Positions 59,232 to 64,000 of a stretch of DNA of 64,000 nucleotides are shown here, piece after piece. Source of the DNA: Octopus vulgaris (lineage: Eukaryota); contig OX597831.1 of the NCBI GenBank assembly GCA_951406725.2, forward strand, positions 17,050,001 through 17,114,000, in the 5' to 3' direction. Numbering within the stretch: the stretch's first letter is position 1; the number at the start of each line of letters is the position of its first letter. Below the pieces are notes generated by a model. It was not told the DNA's origin and searched no databases. It saw only the letters and a program-made list of their open reading frames with translations. Both the position numbers and the translations under genes were made by a program.

Positions 59232-59864
59232 AGAGCTTACGAAAAAAACAAAAGACGAAAATAGGTGGTGTACAAAACAAGCAGATTATTAGTATAGCGC
59301 TCGCGAATAGAAAATGTCTTTTACGTTTCGAGCCTACGCTCTTCTACAGAAAAGGACACAGAAAAAACAAGGATAGAAAAAATGTCTGTAGTGGCTAGAT
59401 ATAGATATAGACATATACATACATACATGCGTACATACACATATGCTTCAGAATTAAGCATTAGGCGAGTACGTAATGTAATATAAAACTTATTAAATAG
59501 GACTGAAGCGCACGCCAATAACTTCATTACCATCAAAGGTTTTTCACGTATGTTGTGGTGCACTGAGGTCTGAGTGCTGCCTCTTGCATCAGACCTTACT
59601 GCAAGTTATTTAAAGTCAATTCTTCGTTTGCCGCTCCTATTTCACTTGTTTGTGTGTGTGCCTCTGTGAGTTTGTGAGTGGGTGTACCTGGGTGTACTGA
59701 CGTAAATGTTCGCCGACACAAAGAGCATACTCATTGATAACATCAGATTAATATATGTTACGAAATCGTTATTTTCATGAGAGTCATAAAGATTTCTGAT
59801 TTTCTCTAACATATTTGAATTTCTACTTCAGCAGCAGCGGCTTTGATTACGACAACATACAACG

Positions 59865-59901
59865 ATGAAATTTGCAACATGTATACTCCTTCTCATTGTT
59901 G
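59865..59901 (+). CDS. copy D signal-peptide exon (MKFATCILLLIV)
   Basis: Acceptor ctacttcag| at 59831, caacgATG, GTT G|gtaaat phase 1. Confidence 0.85.
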
Positions 59902-59965
59902 GTAAATAGTTATTTGAAAATGTCTTTCAAACATCATGTAACACAGTATAATCAATGTTTCGGTA

Positions 59966-60189
59966 TACAGGGGCTGAACAAAATAATGAAAATACAATGA
60001 TATTTCGAACAATATGTTGCAGGACCGCATTTGGCAGTAATTACAGGATAAATTCTACGTGGTATGGACTCGTACGAAGTTTGAATTGTTTCCAAAATAA
60101 TTTTTGTCCATTCTTCAGCTGAAACAGTCTCAATCTCTTGTAGTGATGATGGTGGAAGATATCGACTCCTTACATTTATTCTTAAAATC

Positions 60190-60190
<1 letters not shown>
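59966..60190 (-). mobile_element. Tc1 relic, same family as 58452-58735
   Basis: Shared terminus tacagggg..aaataatgaaaa and ggtatggactcgtac..gtccattcttcagct. Confidence 0.75.
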
Positions 60191-61284
<1,094 letters not shown>

Positions 61285-61953
61285 ATATATATATATATAT
61301 ATACAAAAATACTTATATATATATATGTATATATACATATATATACATATATATATATATGTATATATATATATATGTATATATATATATACATATATGT
61401 ATGTATATATACATTTATTAAAAGGCAGTAAAATATCACAGAAGCTGTTAGTCAGAGCTTCACATTGCCGTTCGTCGGACAGCTTTGCTTAGAAACTCTC
61501 GTAACAGTTTTGTGATAATTGTGCTGCTTTTTTAATAAAGCATATTGCTCTACCTCCGGTATTTGATTATTATTTTTCCACCCTGTTTCGCATTCATATT
61601 CTTACTCTAGTATACACACACATATATATGATTGTATGTGATCATTGAATTTTGTGTAATAGTTTGCAATATATTCATCACGTAACGGAAGAGGCCAATT
61701 TTACACATATGTGTATGTATGTACGTTTGTGCCTTGTTCATCGTGTTGGTTTTGCAGCAGTTCTACATTATCTGTTATGGTTCCAATGCATCTCTAATTT
61801 GATGATTCGAAAAAAGATACAGTTATTATAATTACCATAATGGAAAACAATATTTGATCCAAACCCATCGAGCCAGTTTCCGAATATGACCACACTCCAA
61901 ATATTAAAATATATATATATATTAAAATATATTATAAGTTCTTCAATTCATAG

Positions 61954-62053
61954 ATGCTGCAATGTCAGAGATTTGCTACAAAACAGGCAAGAAATTTTGT
62001 AAGTCTGCAATGAACTCTTATCCTATACGTACTCCAGACACATTCTACTGCAA
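61954..62053 (+). CDS. copy D exon 2 (DAAMSEICYKTGKKFCKSAMNSYPIRTPDTFYC); later exons presumably beyond the window
   Basis: ttcatag|..TGCAA|gtaaat, 100 nt, open, all three Cys kept. Confidence 0.9.
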
Positions 62054-63189
62054 GTAAATTCAATTTACTATGAATATTATTATTATATTTAGAAATTTAT
62101 ATATATAATATTTATGTGTTAAATATTTATGTACTTAAGGCGACGAAACTCTCAGGGTTGTTAGCACACCGGGCAAAATGATTCGTGACATGTCCCCTTG
62201 TTTTTATAGAGTGAGATCATATACTCTCGAGGGCGACATTACGTTTCTTTCCGCTGGAGTCGATAAAATAAGTAGCAGTTAATCATTGATGTCTATTTAA
62301 TTTATTTAGTACCCTCTCGGATAATGTTGGATTTCTACCAAAATTTGAAAATGAATTGATATTTAATTATGTATTTGATTTGTAACTATTGATATATTAA
62401 TATTTGCATACGAATAATTATACACTCGCTTCAAATGTTGGTAGAATGTCATCAAATTCATGTGGGACAGAATACTTTGATGACATGAAATCTAGTGTTC
62501 GACTGGTTCGTACTTAATGAAGCTCGAAGTTATAAAAGACAAAGTCGACCTCAGCCAAATTTCAAAAGAAATCGTAAACAGTAGCGGATGTCATTAATCA
62601 TGTGGCCGCGTGCTAACTATTGTGCCCGCTTGCTGTCATACTCTACGTTTATAAATTGATATCTATATATATTTTTTCAATATATACTATATCATTTACA
62701 TTTTCAAAGGCGGTGAGCTGGAAGAAACATTCTCACGCAGGGCAAAGTGCTTTGCGACAATTCGTTCGTCTTCACGTGCTGACTTGAATATTCAGAGGCC
62801 CACTTAACATTTCGTCCTTTCGATGTCGAGAAAATACATACCAGTTATGCACTTGGGTCGATATTATCCACTTTTCTTAACGAAAGACGTGTTTTATACT
62901 TCACTTTTAAAGCACTTTATATATGTTCTTATGTAGATGTTTGTATATGAATATTTATTGGGTTATTCCATAAATAATGCGGCTTTTATACTTTTAGTTT
63001 TCGAATAGATAATTAACAAAGTTCAGTTTGTAATCTACAATATACTTTCTTTCATTTTCTACGATGCTCTTCCATCTATCTGTTACACTAGCAACGTCCC
63101 AAAGTTCACTTTTCCGTGACGAACATTACTCCCCCTTTACTGTTCCGACCTTATATTTTTACTTCCAAATAATGTTCAAGTGTGCGAAG

Positions 63190-63935
63190 TAAATAATAGT
63201 CAGATAGGCAATATCCAGCAAATATAGTGTGTTGGGGATCATTTCCCATTCTAACTGCTCCAGACATTCTAATGTCATCCTTCCCGTATATGGCCGAGCA
63301 TTATCCTGATGGAAGAAAACCTTTCGCTTTGAAAACAAAGCTAGTACCTTCTACCACTGATTTAAGCCGCTCAAGGTGCTCGCAATCGATCTCCTTTGTT
63401 ATCCTTTGGCTTGGCTTTAAACGTTCAAAGTGCACTAAACCTTCCATATATCGTCAAACAGATAATAACACCTGGCGTGTCGCTGTTTCTCCTTTCCCTA
63501 ATCACTGGCGCTTGATACTTTTTTATAGAGAATGCATTTCTCGATGGCAGCCACTATTCGGTGCACGAAAGGTTCATTCGTGAGACTTTACAGCAAAGAG
63601 AACCACATATTACCTCTCTGCATCTGATTAGACTCAGAAAGTTTGTGAAGAACATATGGGTCCAATTTGCCCGCTTTTCCGATGGCACGCAGGGTCGATG
63701 AATGATTAAAAGACCTAATTCAAATTTCTCTGGTAGTTACTCAACAGTTACGATGAGATTTTATTGCACGTGATTTTGCAGGAGGTCCTCATCGAGCTGT
63801 AGAGTCCTCCAGGACAGGGCTCGTATCCTAGGCTGTAATCCCCGGCTCAAAATTTGTGCAACCGCCGTTGACTCGGGCTTACGGTTATTCTTCGTTTCCC
63901 ATTAATATTCTTTGCATTTTCCGTTGCGTTGCTGC
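63190..63935 (-). mobile_element. mariner transposase relic
   Basis: Minus strand FHQDNARPYT (HDNARPH motif) and the N-terminal HTH region. Confidence 0.8.
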
Positions 63936-64000
63936 CTTTATTGAACTCACAAACTAAATTATGCCGAATATTCCCCTTTGTTACTTCCGTTGCTGCTTTG

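Overview
Very AT-rich eukaryotic genomic DNA, dense in microsatellites and transposon remnants. The SINE families look octopus/coleoid-like (organism inferred, not proven). Almost all ORFs in the supplied track are (AT)n/(AC)n noise or transposon remnants: CR1-like and L1/Tx1-like LINEs, Penelope-like elements, mariner/Tc1/maT, Helitron/HINE-like elements and tRNA-derived SINEs. Hidden in this, and absent from the ORF track, is a tandem array of five copies (A1, A2, B, C, D) of a small + strand gene. It has a putative non-coding exon plus four tiny coding exons of 34-37, 100, 89 and 95-98 nt. These encode a ~105-aa protein with a signal peptide, a 6-cysteine domain (C-x7-C-x16-C-x8-C-x7-C-x12-C) and a GPI-anchor-like C-terminus, loosely reminiscent of neuritin/CPG15. 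Between the two most similar copies (B, C) the coding exons are only ~76-78% identical, almost all changes being amino-acid replacing, while the adjacent intron is ~95-97% identical, which suggests strong diversifying selection. Most copies carry lesions in this sequence. D is intact as far as the window reaches.
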